Positions 26,879 through 36,985 of a stretch of DNA of 64,000 nt are shown piece after piece (position 1 is the stretch's first letter; each line of letters opens with the position of its first letter). The notes beneath the pieces are model-generated. The model ran no database searches and was not told where the DNA came from. It was given only the letters and a program-made list of their open reading frames with translations. The translations under genes were made by a program, and so were the position numbers. The DNA lies in assembly GCA_019309045.1 (NCBI GenBank), contig JAFDGZ010000002.1, positions 79,435 through 143,434 of the forward strand, given 5' to 3'. Origin of the DNA: Deltaproteobacteria bacterium (GTDB taxonomy: Bacteria > Desulfobacterota > Syntrophobacteria > BM002).

Positions 26879-29800
26879 ATGAAAACCACTGAGTTCAATC
26901 ATCTGCACGTGCACAGCGAGTATAGCCTCCTGGACGGGGCTATCCGCATCAAGGATATGATGAAGGCCGCCCGCCAATTCGGCATGACTGCGGTGGCCCT
27001 CACAGACCACGGCAACATGTACGGCGCCCTGGAGTTTTACGAGGAGGCCAACAAGCAGGGAGTGAAGCCAATTCTCGGCTGCGAGGTGTATGTGGCTCCC
27101 AAGAGCAGGTTGGACCGGGGCAGCGGCAATGCCAAGGAACGGAACTTTCATCTCATTCTGCTGGCGGAAAACAACACTGGCTATGGCAATCTCATGCAGC
27201 TGGTCACCAAGGCGAACTTCGAGGGGTTTTACTACAAGCCGCGGGTCGACAAGGAGCTGCTTGCCAGGCATCACGAGGGCCTCATTGCCTTTTCCGCCTG
27301 TCTGCACGGGGAGATAGCCTCTCACCTGCTGGCTGGGAGTTACAGCCGGGCAGAAAATGCTGCCGCAGAGTACCGCGATATTTTCGGTCGGGACAACTTC
27401 TATCTGGAACTGCAGGCAAACGGCATTCGCGAGCAGGAGCTGGTAAACCGCGACTTGCAACACTTGCACAAAAGAACAGGCATTCCACTGGTGGCCTCCA
27501 ATGATTGCCACTATCTCAAGCCGGAGGATGCCAGGGCGCATGACGTGCTTCTCTGCATTCAGACAGGAAAGACAGTCTCGGATGAGAAAAGGATGCGCTT
27601 TTCCACCAATGAGCTGTTTTTCAAGTCCCCTGCAGAAATGGCGGCCTATTTTGTTGAGGTGCCCGAGGCCCTGGCCAACACCGTGGCCATTGCCGAGCGG
27701 TGCACAGTGGAACTGGAACTGGGGCGCTATCACTTTCCTCACTTTCCCCTGGCAGAGGAAGAGTCTCCAGAGTCCTGTTTTGAACAGGCAGTGTATGAAG
27801 GTTTTGCCAGGCGGCTCGAGAAGCTCAGGCGCGGCAAGGAGAGTTTCACCGGAGAAAAGGAGGAGGAGTATCGCCAGCGGCTTGCCCATGAAATCGCTGT
27901 GATCAAGAAAATGGGTTTTTCCACCTATTTCCTCATTGTTGCCGATTTTGTCAATTTTGCCAAAAAGAACCGCATACCCGTGGGTCCAGGCCGAGGGTCC
28001 GCTGCCGGCAGTCTGGTGGCCTACTGCCTGGGCATTACCGATCTGGATCCCATTGCCCACGGCCTCATTTTCGAACGTTTTCTCAACGAAGAACGTCTGA
28101 GCCTGCCTGATATAGACGTTGATTTTTGTATCAAAGGCAGAGATCGGGTGCTGCAGTATGTTTCGGAGAGATACGGCAAGGAGCGGGTTGCCCAGATCAT
28201 TACCTTCGGCACCATGCAGGCGAGGGCGGTCATTCGCGACGTGGGTCGTGCTCTGGGCATGTCCTACGGCGAAGTGGACAGGATAGCAAAGCTCATTCCA
28301 GCAAGTATGCACATGACGCTGGAGAGGGCGTTCAAAGAGGAGCCCCGCTTGCAAGAGTTAGCCAGGGAAGCTGGCCTGCAGGAACTTTTCGCTGCTGCTC
28401 GTTCCCTGGAGGGCCTGACCAGACACGCATCTACGCATGCCGCTGGTGTGGTCATATCAGACAAGCCAATAGTGGAGTACATGCCCCTCTACAAAGGGAC
28501 CAAGGGTGAGGTGGTGACGCAATATTCCATGAAATACGTGGAAAAGGCTGGTCTGATAAAGTTCGATTTTCTCGGTCTGCGAAATCTCACGGTCATTGAT
28601 AATGCCATCCAGCTCATCGAAAAGAATCATGGCATCTCTGTCGACATCCTCAACATCCCGATGGACGACAGGCTCACCTATGAGCTTCTCTGCCGGGGCG
28701 ATACAACCGGGGTATTTCAATTGGAAAGCTCTGGTATGCGGGACCTGGCAGCGCGTCTGCGGCCAGAAAATTTTAATGACATTATAGCCCTGATTGCTCT
28801 CTATCGGCCGGGACCGCTTGAGAGCGGCATGGTGAATGATTTTATCAGGGCAAAGCACGGCGAGATGGAGGTGAGCTACGAAATTGAAGCCCTGCGCGAC
28901 ATTCTGCAGGACACCTACGGCGTGATTCTCTACCAGGAACAGGTCATGAAGATAGCCAGTGTGCTCGCCAACTACACCCTGGGCGAAGCTGACATTCTCA
29001 GGAGGGCCATGGGCAAAAAGATTCCCGAGGTGATGGCAGCACAGAGGGATCGTTTTCTCTCCGGGGCCAGGGAAAACGGTATTGATCTGGACAAGGCAGC
29101 TCACATCTTCGACCTCATGGAAAAATTCGCCGGCTACGGCTTCAACAAATCTCACAGTGCAGCCTACGCACTCATCGCCTACCAGACTGCTTATCTTAAA
29201 GCTCACTACCCACTGGAGTTTATGGCAGCCCTGTTGAACAGCTTCCTCGGCAATTCGGACAACCTGGTAAAACTGCTCAACGAATGCCGGGACAAAGGGT
29301 TGCAGGTTTTGCCCCCGGATGTAAATCTGAGTGAGTGGGAATTTACGGTGGTTGGCGACTCGATTCGCTTCGGGCTGGGCGCCGTCAAGAATGTAGGTGC
29401 TGGGGCGGTAGACAGCATAGTGGAGGCTCGGCAGGAAGGCCCTTTTCTCTCCCTTTATGATTTCTGCGAAAGAGTCGATCTGCAAAAGGTAAACCGACGT
29501 GTGCTCGAGAGCCTCATCAAGTGCGGCAGTTTCGATTCCCTGCATCCCAGGAGAAGCCAGGTTTTTGCCGCCCTGGACGAGGCCATGGACATGGCCCAGG
29601 CAATTCAGAAAGATCGGCTCAGTGGACAGATGAGCATGTTTGGCACCTTTGCCAGGCAGTCGCCTGAACGCACGCCTCCTCTCCCCGAGGTGCCGGCCTG
29701 GACAAGCAGGGAAAAGCTTGCCATGGAGAAGGAGGCTCTAGGCTTCTATGTCAGCGGCCATCCGCTGAACGACTACCAGAAGGAGCTGGCGGCTTTCGAT

Positions 29801-30421
29801 GTGGCGGACACCAGTATCCTTGCAGAGAAAAAGGATGGCTCACAGGTAACCCTCTGCGGCATCAAAGGGGTCCTCAAGGAGATCACCACCAAAAGAGGAG
29901 ACCGCATGGCCTTTCTCACCCTGGAAGATCGTCAGGGAAGTGTGGAGGTAGTGCTGTTTTCAGACGTCTATCGGCAAAACCGGGAATGTCTCGAACGAGA
30001 TGAGCCCCTGCTCATCATGGGCACAGTGCAACAAGAAGAAAAGGGAACAAAGGTGATCGGCCAGCGTCTCTTTTGCCTGTCTGAGGCGAGAGAGAAGCTG
30101 ATAAGGGCGATTCGTCTCAGATTGAATGCCGAGGCTCTGGATAAAGCGAATCTGCAGGACCTCAAAGCCATCCTCGAGCGGCACCGCGGCGACTGCGTCA
30201 CCTACCTGCACATGAGCACCGGCCCTCAATGCGAAGCTGTCATTCGCCTTGCCGACAACCTGAGAGTGAAGCCGGATCAGAGCTTTGTGGCCGAGGTGAA
30301 CCAGTACTTCGGTGAAAAAGTGGTGTCCACAGTGCTGATAAACGGCAATGATCATCCCAGGAATTTCCCTCCTAGAAAAAAAGCCCGCCGCAACGGCAAT
30401 TACCGCAGGCATGTGCGGTAA
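26879..30421 (+). CDS. dnaE: DNA polymerase III alpha subunit
   Basis: PHP domain (FNHLHVHSEYSLLDGA), polymerase core (GPGRGSAAGSLVAYCLGITDLDP), OB fold. 1180 aa from ATG 26879. Confidence 0.95.
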   Translation: MKTTEFNHLHVHSEYSLLDGAIRIKDMMKAARQFGMTAVALTDHGNMYGALEFYEEANKQGVKPILGCEVYVAPKSRLDRGSGNAKERNFHLILLAENNTGYGNLMQLVTKANFEGFYYKPRVDKELLARHHEGLIAFSACLHGEIASHLLAGSYSRAENAAAEYRDIFGRDNFYLELQANGIREQELVNRDLQHLHKRTGIPLVASNDCHYLKPEDARAHDVLLCIQTGKTVSDEKRMRFSTNELFFKSPAEMAAYFVEVPEALANTVAIAERCTVELELGRYHFPHFPLAEEESPESCFEQAVYEGFARRLEKLRRGKESFTGEKEEEYRQRLAHEIAVIKKMGFSTYFLIVADFVNFAKKNRIPVGPGRGSAAGSLVAYCLGITDLDPIAHGLIFERFLNEERLSLPDIDVDFCIKGRDRVLQYVSERYGKERVAQIITFGTMQARAVIRDVGRALGMSYGEVDRIAKLIPASMHMTLERAFKEEPRLQELAREAGLQELFAAARSLEGLTRHASTHAAGVVISDKPIVEYMPLYKGTKGEVVTQYSMKYVEKAGLIKFDFLGLRNLTVIDNAIQLIEKNHGISVDILNIPMDDRLTYELLCRGDTTGVFQLESSGMRDLAARLRPENFNDIIALIALYRPGPLESGMVNDFIRAKHGEMEVSYEIEALRDILQDTYGVILYQEQVMKIASVLANYTLGEADILRRAMGKKIPEVMAAQRDRFLSGARENGIDLDKAAHIFDLMEKFAGYGFNKSHSAAYALIAYQTAYLKAHYPLEFMAALLNSFLGNSDNLVKLLNECRDKGLQVLPPDVNLSEWEFTVVGDSIRFGLGAVKNVGAGAVDSIVEARQEGPFLSLYDFCERVDLQKVNRRVLESLIKCGSFDSLHPRRSQVFAALDEAMDMAQAIQKDRLSGQMSMFGTFARQSPERTPPLPEVPAWTSREKLAMEKEALGFYVSGHPLNDYQKELAAFDVADTSILAEKKDGSQVTLCGIKGVLKEITTKRGDRMAFLTLEDRQGSVEVVLFSDVYRQNRECLERDEPLLIMGTVQQEEKGTKVIGQRLFCLSEAREKLIRAIRLRLNAEALDKANLQDLKAILERHRGDCVTYLHMSTGPQCEAVIRLADNLRVKPDQSFVAEVNQYFGEKVVSTVLINGNDHPRNFPPRKKARRNGNYRRHVR

Positions 30422-31006
30422 TGTTGCTGCAGCAGACTGAGCTCGTCGCAGGCCGTACCCGCCAACGGCGGCAGCGTTATTTTGCTGCCAGCCAATCTGT
30501 TTCGCTCACCGGTGCGAATCCTGTAGGAGCGGCATCCTGCCGCGACACCGCAACTTTCATTTTGTCGTTAATCCATATTCCCCACAGTTCTCAGCCAGGT
30601 ACTCACCACGCCGAGCACGGTTCATCACATTGTGCCAACCACCTCGATATTCGATCCTTGACGCTCTGACCAGCTGCCATTATTGGGTTGAAAGAGGAAG
30701 AAACGTCAAACGCAGACTTGACCCCTTTGGTGGTGGGAGAAAAGAAAAAAAGGGGAATCTTTCGCAGATTAGTAGAAGTAGAATTTCGCAGCAGATGATG
30801 AGACGCAGTTCAGCAGGGCAGCACGTGGACGAATAGCAGCAATGTCAGCCAGTCGTATGTATATGAGCAGCAAGACGGTTTCAGCTTTGAGAATTCAGCA
30901 ACAAGCGCAGCAAAAATCTGTCTTGGAAAGATCCCCTTTTTGTTTGGCGATCAACTTATGGTAAAATTTTCACATTGTCAAGAAAAAATCCCCCCAGGTG
31001 GAAAAA

Positions 31007-31750
31007 TTATCGGTCTGTATCAGCGGTGCCGAAAATCATGGTGCGCAGGGTGCGGGCATTTTCCACTGCATAGGCGTTGAAATCATTGTTAAAAAAAGCA
31101 TAGACATCTCGCCCTGCTGCGGCCAGCTCCTCGATGATTCTTGCCCAGGCAGAAAGCTCCTGGTCAGGGTAGTTTGATGCATAAAGCCGTCCCGGGCCGT
31201 GGAAGCGAATGTAAGCAAAGTTGGCGGTTTGCGTCTGCTGAGCAGGGAATCTGCTCGAATGACCCAGGCAGAGGGCGCAGTTGCTACGGCTGAGCAGGGT
31301 GAGGGCTTCCTGACAGTACCAGGAGTCGTGCCGGAATTCAAAGGCAAAACGAGGTGATTCTGGCAGCTGCTCGAGAAAGCTCGAGAGCAGTTCCACGTCG
31401 CAATGAAAAGAAGGGGGAAGTTGCACCAGGACAACTGCCAGTTTGTCAGCAAGGCCAGCTGTTCTTTGCAGAAAGGTGGCGCAGGGCTCGGCAACGTCAC
31501 GCAGCTTGCGCACGTGGCTTACGAATCTGGACATCTTGACTGCATAGCGGAATGTGGCGGGCACCTTCCGGTACCAGCCGGCCACAGTACTCTCTTTGGG
31601 GAGATGATAGAAAGAACTGTTGTTTTCAACCACATCAAATTGGCTGGCATAGTATGACAGCCAGGCCGACGGTTTGAGGTCTGGGGGATAGAAGCGGCCT
31701 GTCCAGTGGCGGTAAAACCAGCCAGAGGTGCCGATGCGAATCTCGGCCAT
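31007..31750 (-). CDS. DUF72 (YecE-like) family protein
   Basis: IRIGTSGWFYRHW is the typical DUF72 N-terminus. Confidence 0.8.
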   Translation of the reverse strand: MAEIRIGTSGWFYRHWTGRFYPPDLKPSAWLSYYASQFDVVENNSSFYHLPKESTVAGWYRKVPATFRYAVKMSRFVSHVRKLRDVAEPCATFLQRTAGLADKLAVVLVQLPPSFHCDVELLSSFLEQLPESPRFAFEFRHDSWYCQEALTLLSRSNCALCLGHSSRFPAQQTQTANFAYIRFHGPGRLYASNYPDQELSAWARIIEELAAAGRDVYAFFNNDFNAYAVENARTLRTMIFGTADTDR

Positions 31751-31911
31751 GGAGCGCACCCGTTCAGAAAATGTCCAAGCTGTTACTCGCGGAGCTTGCG
31801 TACTCCCAGCGGCTCGTAATCAATAGTCTTGGTGAGGAGTTCTTTGAAGATCATGTTCTTTTGCCGTTGATTAGTCATCCCTTGAGTACGGCTTTCCTAC
31901 TCGCGGGCGAG

Positions 31912-32115
31912 TCAGTGCCAGATTTTTAGTTCTCGCGCTGGCTCCGGTGCATAACAAAAGCGTTCCAACAGGTATTCAAGACCCCGCTTGCGGATGAACG
32001 GCACTTGTTCGAGTTTCTCGTACAACGAGGCCACCTGATCCTCGAGATCTAGCGGCAGCATCTGGTGGTAGCGAGGACGTTTTGGCATCAGGTCTTTCAG
32101 ACGATCAGCACGCAT
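31912..32115 (-). CDS. small hypothetical protein (67 aa), translationally coupled to upstream methyltransferase
   Basis: ATG 32115 lies 1 nt after the methyltransferase stop. A strong AAGGAG RBS sits 8 nt upstream, inside the end of the methyltransferase gene. No recognisable domain. Confidence 0.4.
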   Translation of the reverse strand: MRADRLKDLMPKRPRYHQMLPLDLEDQVASLYEKLEQVPFIRKRGLEYLLERFCYAPEPARELKIWH

Positions 32116-32116
32116 A

Positions 32117-32713
32117 TCAGCTCTCCTTCTGGGCAATGCCCAGGATTCCAAAACGGCTCTCCCGGTATCCTGGCAGCAAGTTGAGGCCGCAGTGGGCTAG
32201 GGCGGCCCGGTACTGTGGGCCGTGGAAGCGATTCTCCGTGGGATGCTCCAGGAGATGACGCAGCACCAGGTTGGCGTAGAGAGCAGGGTAGATTTCTTCG
32301 AAATAAAAAGCCCCTCCTGGCTTGAGGACCCTGGAAATCTCCCTTATGCCCTGCTGCCAGTCTTCCAGGTGATGGATGATGCCGAAATTGAAGACCGCAT
32401 CCAGAGAGCCAGAAGCGTAGGGCAGGTGCTGGGCGTCCGCCACAAAGAAAAAAACCGCCGCACTCCGTCCATCTCCGCAGGTGCGCCTGGCAAGACTGAT
32501 CATGGCGGGGTCCAGGTCGAGGGCGTCCAGTCGACGCGGCTGGAAGGCGGCAAGAATCAATCTGGCGCCAGCACCGCGGCCGCAGCCGATCTCCAACACC
32601 GCCGCCCCTGCAGGGAGACCCCTCTGCCTTTTGAAGAAACGAATCTCCCGCATCTGAACTAGCAGACGCACGGGACTGTTGACCCAGAGCCTCTCAGGCC
32701 AGTTTACTTTCAT
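32117..32713 (-). CDS. class I SAM-dependent methyltransferase (Methyltransf_11-like)
   Basis: Motif I VLEIGCGRGAGA; post-I and motif II/III (LDAVFNFGIIHH, LKPGGAFYFEE). Confidence 0.8.
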   Translation of the reverse strand: MKVNWPERLWVNSPVRLLVQMREIRFFKRQRGLPAGAAVLEIGCGRGAGARLILAAFQPRRLDALDLDPAMISLARRTCGDGRSAAVFFFVADAQHLPYASGSLDAVFNFGIIHHLEDWQQGIREISRVLKPGGAFYFEEIYPALYANLVLRHLLEHPTENRFHGPQYRAALAHCGLNLLPGYRESRFGILGIAQKES

Positions 32714-32995
32714 CAGCGTCTCGCAAGGTATTATTGTCTAGTCAGTTGCTGCGATGTCACGCCCACGGAATCGCACTTCCCCTGAAGCAGCACGTCATGC
32801 TGCAATCGTGGAGACAACCATGTTGTTTGCTCTGCTCGTCTAGATTTCCTCAGTTCCAATTGTATGATACCTTGTCTTAGCCCTGTTGGGCAACTGAGGC
32901 AGCAAAAGAGGAGTAAGGTTAGATATTGCTTTACTTTTCACACCTCTAAGCCAATTTCCGGCCACTGCTCAAGGGATAGTATCTGAAAGTGCCTG

Positions 32996-33697
32996 CTATG
33001 ATGCTTTTTTGTTTGCCATGAAAATCTTGGCAATGCCATAAGTGAGTTTCCGTACACCCGAAGGAGTGAAACCTGCCTCAGCTATATTTTTCATAAACTG
33101 CTCTTCTGTGGGAAAGTTGTGCACAGAGTCGGCCAGGTAGCTGTAGGCATAATTGGTCCGAGACAGCCAGTTGCCCACAACAGGCATGAGATAGTCGAAG
33201 TAGAAGCGATAGATACCTCCCAGGAACGGATCGTCAGGGAGATCGAACTCCATGATCAACAGTTGGCCGCCCTGCCGCAGCACCCGCCAGAATTCCTGGA
33301 GCACCAGCCCTTTTTCCTGGATGTTGCGAATGCCGAAGGCAATGGTAACTGCATCGACGCTGCCGCTTTTCAGCGGCAGACAGCGGGCATCTGCCAGGCT
33401 GAGATGAATGCGGGCAGCCATGCCGCGCGCTTGGACTTTTTTTCTGCCGATGGCCAGCATGCGCGGCGAAAAATCGACACCAATGACCCGAATATTCTTG
33501 TGGCGTTTGCAAACCTCGATGGCAACTTCTGCGGTGCCAGTGGCCACATCAAGAATGAGACCACTGTCAACTACTCGCAAGCACTCTGCCAGGACGCGCC
33601 GCCAGTAGATGTCGCGCCGCAGCGAGAGGAAACTGTTCTGGAAGTCATAGGAGAAGGCTATCGTCTCGAACATTCTTTTCACTTGGGAGTCTTTCAT
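32996..33697 (-). CDS. ubiE: demethylmenaquinone / ubiquinone biosynthesis C-methyltransferase UbiE/MenG
   Basis: N-terminus VKRMFETIAFSYDFQNSFLSL matches the UbiE V..MFD.IA..YD..N signature. Motif I LDVATGTA. Confidence 0.85.
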   Translation of the reverse strand: MKDSQVKRMFETIAFSYDFQNSFLSLRRDIYWRRVLAECLRVVDSGLILDVATGTAEVAIEVCKRHKNIRVIGVDFSPRMLAIGRKKVQARGMAARIHLSLADARCLPLKSGSVDAVTIAFGIRNIQEKGLVLQEFWRVLRQGGQLLIMEFDLPDDPFLGGIYRFYFDYLMPVVGNWLSRTNYAYSYLADSVHNFPTEEQFMKNIAEAGFTPSGVRKLTYGIAKIFMANKKAS

Positions 33698-33773
33698 AGT
33701 AGCTGAACCGTCGTTGTTCAACAGTCTTGTTCCGAAGCGCACTACAGGAAGATCGCCTCGTGTGCACAGGGAT

Positions 33774-35939
33774 CTAGTGCAGACCAAAAAGCCGCCCTCC
33801 CTGGTAGATGGCCAAGGCCACCAGCCAGGCGAGCAGTACAGAATAGCCTATGCTGAAAGCGGTCCATTTCCAGGAATTGGTTTCTCTGCGTATTACTGCT
33901 ACGGTTGCCAGACATGGCACGTAAATGAGCACAAATGCCATAAGGGCATACGCCTTTAAAGGAGTCATGCCAGATGCACGCAGAGAACGCTGCAGGGCTT
34001 CACTTTTCTGGTCGGCGTCAGCTCCTACTGCATAGAGCACTCCCAGGGTGCTGACAACTATTTCTTTGGCCACAAAGCCGGTAAGAACTGCCACGCTCGT
34101 GCGCCAGTCGAAGCCGAGAGGAGCGAATATCGGCTCCACAGCATGCCCCAGTCTGCCAAGGTAGCTATTTGCCAACCTGGCTCTCTCACGCTCCACTTCT
34201 GAGAGGACTTGCGGGGCACTGTCCATGCCACCAGGAAGCTGCTGGGTGACTGCCGCTGCTGAGGATTTTCTGGCTGCAAAGTCGTGGGAAGCTGCGTTAG
34301 AGGTGGCCTCGCCTCTCGGGAAAGCAGCAAGGAACCAGATGAGTACGGAGCCAACCAGTATTACCCCACCCATCTTGCGCAGAAAGATGACGCCTCGGTC
34401 CCACATGTGAATGAGCAGGCTTTTCAAGGTGGGCACCCGGTAGGGTGGCAGCTCCATGACAAAAGGAGCCACCTCTCCGCGAAAGAGAGTTACCCTGAAC
34501 AGTTTGCCCATTATAATTGCCAGCACGATGCCAAGTAGATAGATGCTGAAGATGACATTGCCTGCATGCAGGCCAAAGAAGGTTCCTGCGAGCAGGACAT
34601 AAACCGGCAGGCGGGCAGAACAGCTCATAAGGGGGTTGATAAGGATCGTCAGGATTCGATCTCTCTCACTTTCCAGGGTTCTGGTGGCCATGATTGCCGG
34701 AGCATTGCAGCCGAAGCCCATGAGCAGCGGGATGAAAGACTTGCCGTGGAGCCCTATGAGATGCATTACTCTGTCCATGATAAAGGCGGCTCTGGCCAGG
34801 TAGCCGGTGTCTTCGAAAAGGGCGATGCAGAAAAAGAGCAGCAGGATGTTGGGCAAAAAGATAATTACACTTCCCACACCAGCAAGGGCTCCATTTACCA
34901 GCAGATCACGAAGCAGGCCGGCTGGCAGCTGGGCGGCAAGAAAGTCGCCGAGCCAACCGATGGCCGCCTCAATCCACTCCATAGGATAGCTGCCCAGAGT
35001 AAAGGTCAACTGGAACATGGCCCAGATGAGAAGGATAAATATGGGGAAGCCAAGGACTCTATTGGTGAGCAAGAGATCCACCTGCCTGGAGAGATCGAAC
35101 CTGCTAACGGCCGAGACCTTCAGGACCTCCTTGAGGGCACCGCCTATGAAGCCGTAGCGCTGGTCGGTCAGCACCATTTCCGGGTCGTCATGGTAGAAAT
35201 CCAGCAACCTCTTGCGGCTTGCTTCAGCCTGGGCGAGAATCTGACTGCCTATGCCTCCAAGAGTTTTTATCTCCTCCCGGACGGCGCTGTCGTTTTCCAG
35301 CAGCTTCACCGCCAACCAACGAGTAGAGAAGCGTGATCCTATGGAAGGATCCTGCCAGATTACATCCTGGATGTTCTTTATTTCTTTTTCCAGTTCCTGA
35401 CCATAAGAGATGTGAATGTGGCGGCTTACAGTGTCCAGATCTTCGGCCACCTCCACCATCTTGTCGAGAAGCTCTGTTGTGCCCTGGTTTCTTTTGCCCA
35501 CGGTGAAGACAACAGGCACACCGAGCAGGGTGCCCAGTCTGTCAGAGTCGATGTGAAAGCCGCGGGCCTTGGCCACGTCGGCCATATTAAGAACCAGTAT
35601 CAGTTTTACGCCGAGCTCGATCAGTTGAGTGGCGAGATAGAGATTGCGCTCTAGATTGGAGGCATCCACCACATCAACTACCACATCAGGCTTGGCATCT
35701 ATCAGGTAATTGCGGGCGACAATTTCCTCCACCGAGTAGGCAGTGAGGCTGTAGGTACCTGGCAGGTCCACAATGCGCAGCTGTCTGCCTTTATGGCGTA
35801 TGGTGCCTTCCTTTTTTTCAACCGTCACCCCGGGCCAGTTGCCCACGTGCTGGCGAGTGCCAGTCAGATTGTTGAAGATGGTAGTCTTGCCCGAGTTTGG
35901 ATTTCCAGTAAGGGCAACGGTAATAAGACGATGTTTCAC
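33774..35939 (-). CDS. feoB: ferrous iron transporter FeoB (G-domain + membrane domain)
   Basis: GNPNSGKTT G1 motif, DLPGTYSL G3 motif, and a polytopic C-terminal region. Confidence 0.9.
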   Translation of the reverse strand: MKHRLITVALTGNPNSGKTTIFNNLTGTRQHVGNWPGVTVEKKEGTIRHKGRQLRIVDLPGTYSLTAYSVEEIVARNYLIDAKPDVVVDVVDASNLERNLYLATQLIELGVKLILVLNMADVAKARGFHIDSDRLGTLLGVPVVFTVGKRNQGTTELLDKMVEVAEDLDTVSRHIHISYGQELEKEIKNIQDVIWQDPSIGSRFSTRWLAVKLLENDSAVREEIKTLGGIGSQILAQAEASRKRLLDFYHDDPEMVLTDQRYGFIGGALKEVLKVSAVSRFDLSRQVDLLLTNRVLGFPIFILLIWAMFQLTFTLGSYPMEWIEAAIGWLGDFLAAQLPAGLLRDLLVNGALAGVGSVIIFLPNILLLFFCIALFEDTGYLARAAFIMDRVMHLIGLHGKSFIPLLMGFGCNAPAIMATRTLESERDRILTILINPLMSCSARLPVYVLLAGTFFGLHAGNVIFSIYLLGIVLAIIMGKLFRVTLFRGEVAPFVMELPPYRVPTLKSLLIHMWDRGVIFLRKMGGVILVGSVLIWFLAAFPRGEATSNAASHDFAARKSSAAAVTQQLPGGMDSAPQVLSEVERERARLANSYLGRLGHAVEPIFAPLGFDWRTSVAVLTGFVAKEIVVSTLGVLYAVGADADQKSEALQRSLRASGMTPLKAYALMAFVLIYVPCLATVAVIRRETNSWKWTAFSIGYSVLLAWLVALAIYQGGRLFGLH

Positions 35940-36178
35940 TCGGACTCCCCAGAGTGTTTTTCCATGAGTACGTGTTCAGCCTCATCAACTCGCAGAGACA
36001 CATGATATCCTTTGACAATGAGTTCGATGGGATCCCTGAGCGGGGCATATTTTTCAACCAGCACCTCTGTGCCGCGAATAAACCCCATTTCCTGCAAACG
36101 TTTCCTGAAAGGACCACTGCCATTCAGTCTGACGATTACCCCACGTTCACCTTCTTTGAAGCGGCTCAATGGTAACAT
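35936..36178 (-). CDS. feoA: FeoA (SH3-like) protein
   Basis: 80-aa FeoA domain (GERGVIVRLNGSGPFRKRLQEMGFIRGTEVLV). RBS AGGAAA before ATG 36178. Overlaps the feoB start by 4 nt. Confidence 0.8.
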   Translation of the reverse strand: MLPLSRFKEGERGVIVRLNGSGPFRKRLQEMGFIRGTEVLVEKYAPLRDPIELIVKGYHVSLRVDEAEHVLMEKHSGESE

Positions 36179-36276
36179 GTCAATTTCCTGTGTCTTTGCT
36201 CTGCTGATCATTGTGTTGACATCCGTCACCTCCGCCACAATCTCCTGTGCTGGCGAGCTGGCGTCAGGTAAATGGT

Positions 36277-36984
36277 TCAAGTCTCCAGTTTGTCTTGCGG
36301 CAAATTGTTGCGGGGAGAGACGAGAATCTTGTGGCCCAGGCCGTGTCCCAAGGCCAGGCGACTGCCTCGGAAGGCAAGAATAATGGGTCCGGGAGCACTC
36401 GATTTGATGACTTCCACTATAGTTCCGGGTGTAAGCCCCATTTCTGCCAACCGCTGTTGCACCTGACGGCCGCCAGCCAGGCGCTCGATGTATACCTTTT
36501 CGCCGGGCAGCACAAAAGACAGAGGCACCACAGGTTGTCTCTGTTTGCGGCATCTGGCGCAAATCCCGTAGAGTTCCATCTTATGGTGCAGCAAGGAAAA
36601 GTTGTATTGAAGGGCAATTTGCCTTTGCAGTGCTTCCATTTCAGGGTTGTGAAATTCAAGTATTCTACCGCACTTGGCGCAGATCAGGTGATCGTGGTGC
36701 CATCCTATATGGCGATGCTCATATTGGAGCTGCTGTCCTTCGAAATGCTTCTTGAAGGCATAGCCGTAGCGACAGAGCAGATCAAGCGTTTCAGTGATGA
36801 ACTGCTCATCGAAATTCTCACCCCTTTGCCGCAATTGTTCTCGCAGGTCACTGGCGGTCACATGGTCAGGAGCACGCAGGAATGCTTCGAGAACCTTCAA
36901 ACGTTTGTCGCTCTCATTGAGGCCGTGCTCCAGGCAGATTGCCGTAAATTCCTCTTTTTCCCGCTGATGAAGCTTCTCAATCAT
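36277..36984 (-). CDS. Fur-family transcriptional regulator fused to a C-terminal FeoA/SH3-like domain
   Basis: N-terminal Fur domain (winged helix; HHDHLICAKCGRILEF and C..C metal site). Residues from about 155 onward form a FeoA-like domain (GEKVYIERLAGGRQVQQRLAEMGLTPGTIVEVI). One continuous frame with no stop. Confidence 0.75.
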   Translation of the reverse strand: MIEKLHQREKEEFTAICLEHGLNESDKRLKVLEAFLRAPDHVTASDLREQLRQRGENFDEQFITETLDLLCRYGYAFKKHFEGQQLQYEHRHIGWHHDHLICAKCGRILEFHNPEMEALQRQIALQYNFSLLHHKMELYGICARCRKQRQPVVPLSFVLPGEKVYIERLAGGRQVQQRLAEMGLTPGTIVEVIKSSAPGPIILAFRGSRLALGHGLGHKILVSPRNNLPQDKLET

Positions 36985-36985
36985 A

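Noticed and set aside
26873-29545. Long minus-strand ORFs (493 aa and 362 aa) opposite dnaE
   Set aside because: They are antisense to DNA polymerase III alpha, which has unmistakable PHP and polymerase motifs. They have no motifs or RBS.
30511-30522. GGTGCGAATCC, superficially resembling a tRNA T-arm (GGTTCGAATCC)
   Set aside because: It lacks the invariant GTTC. No acceptor stem or anticodon arm could be built around it.
33119-33706. 195-aa plus-strand ORF
   Set aside because: It is antisense to ubiE (SAM motif I LDVATGTA on the minus strand).
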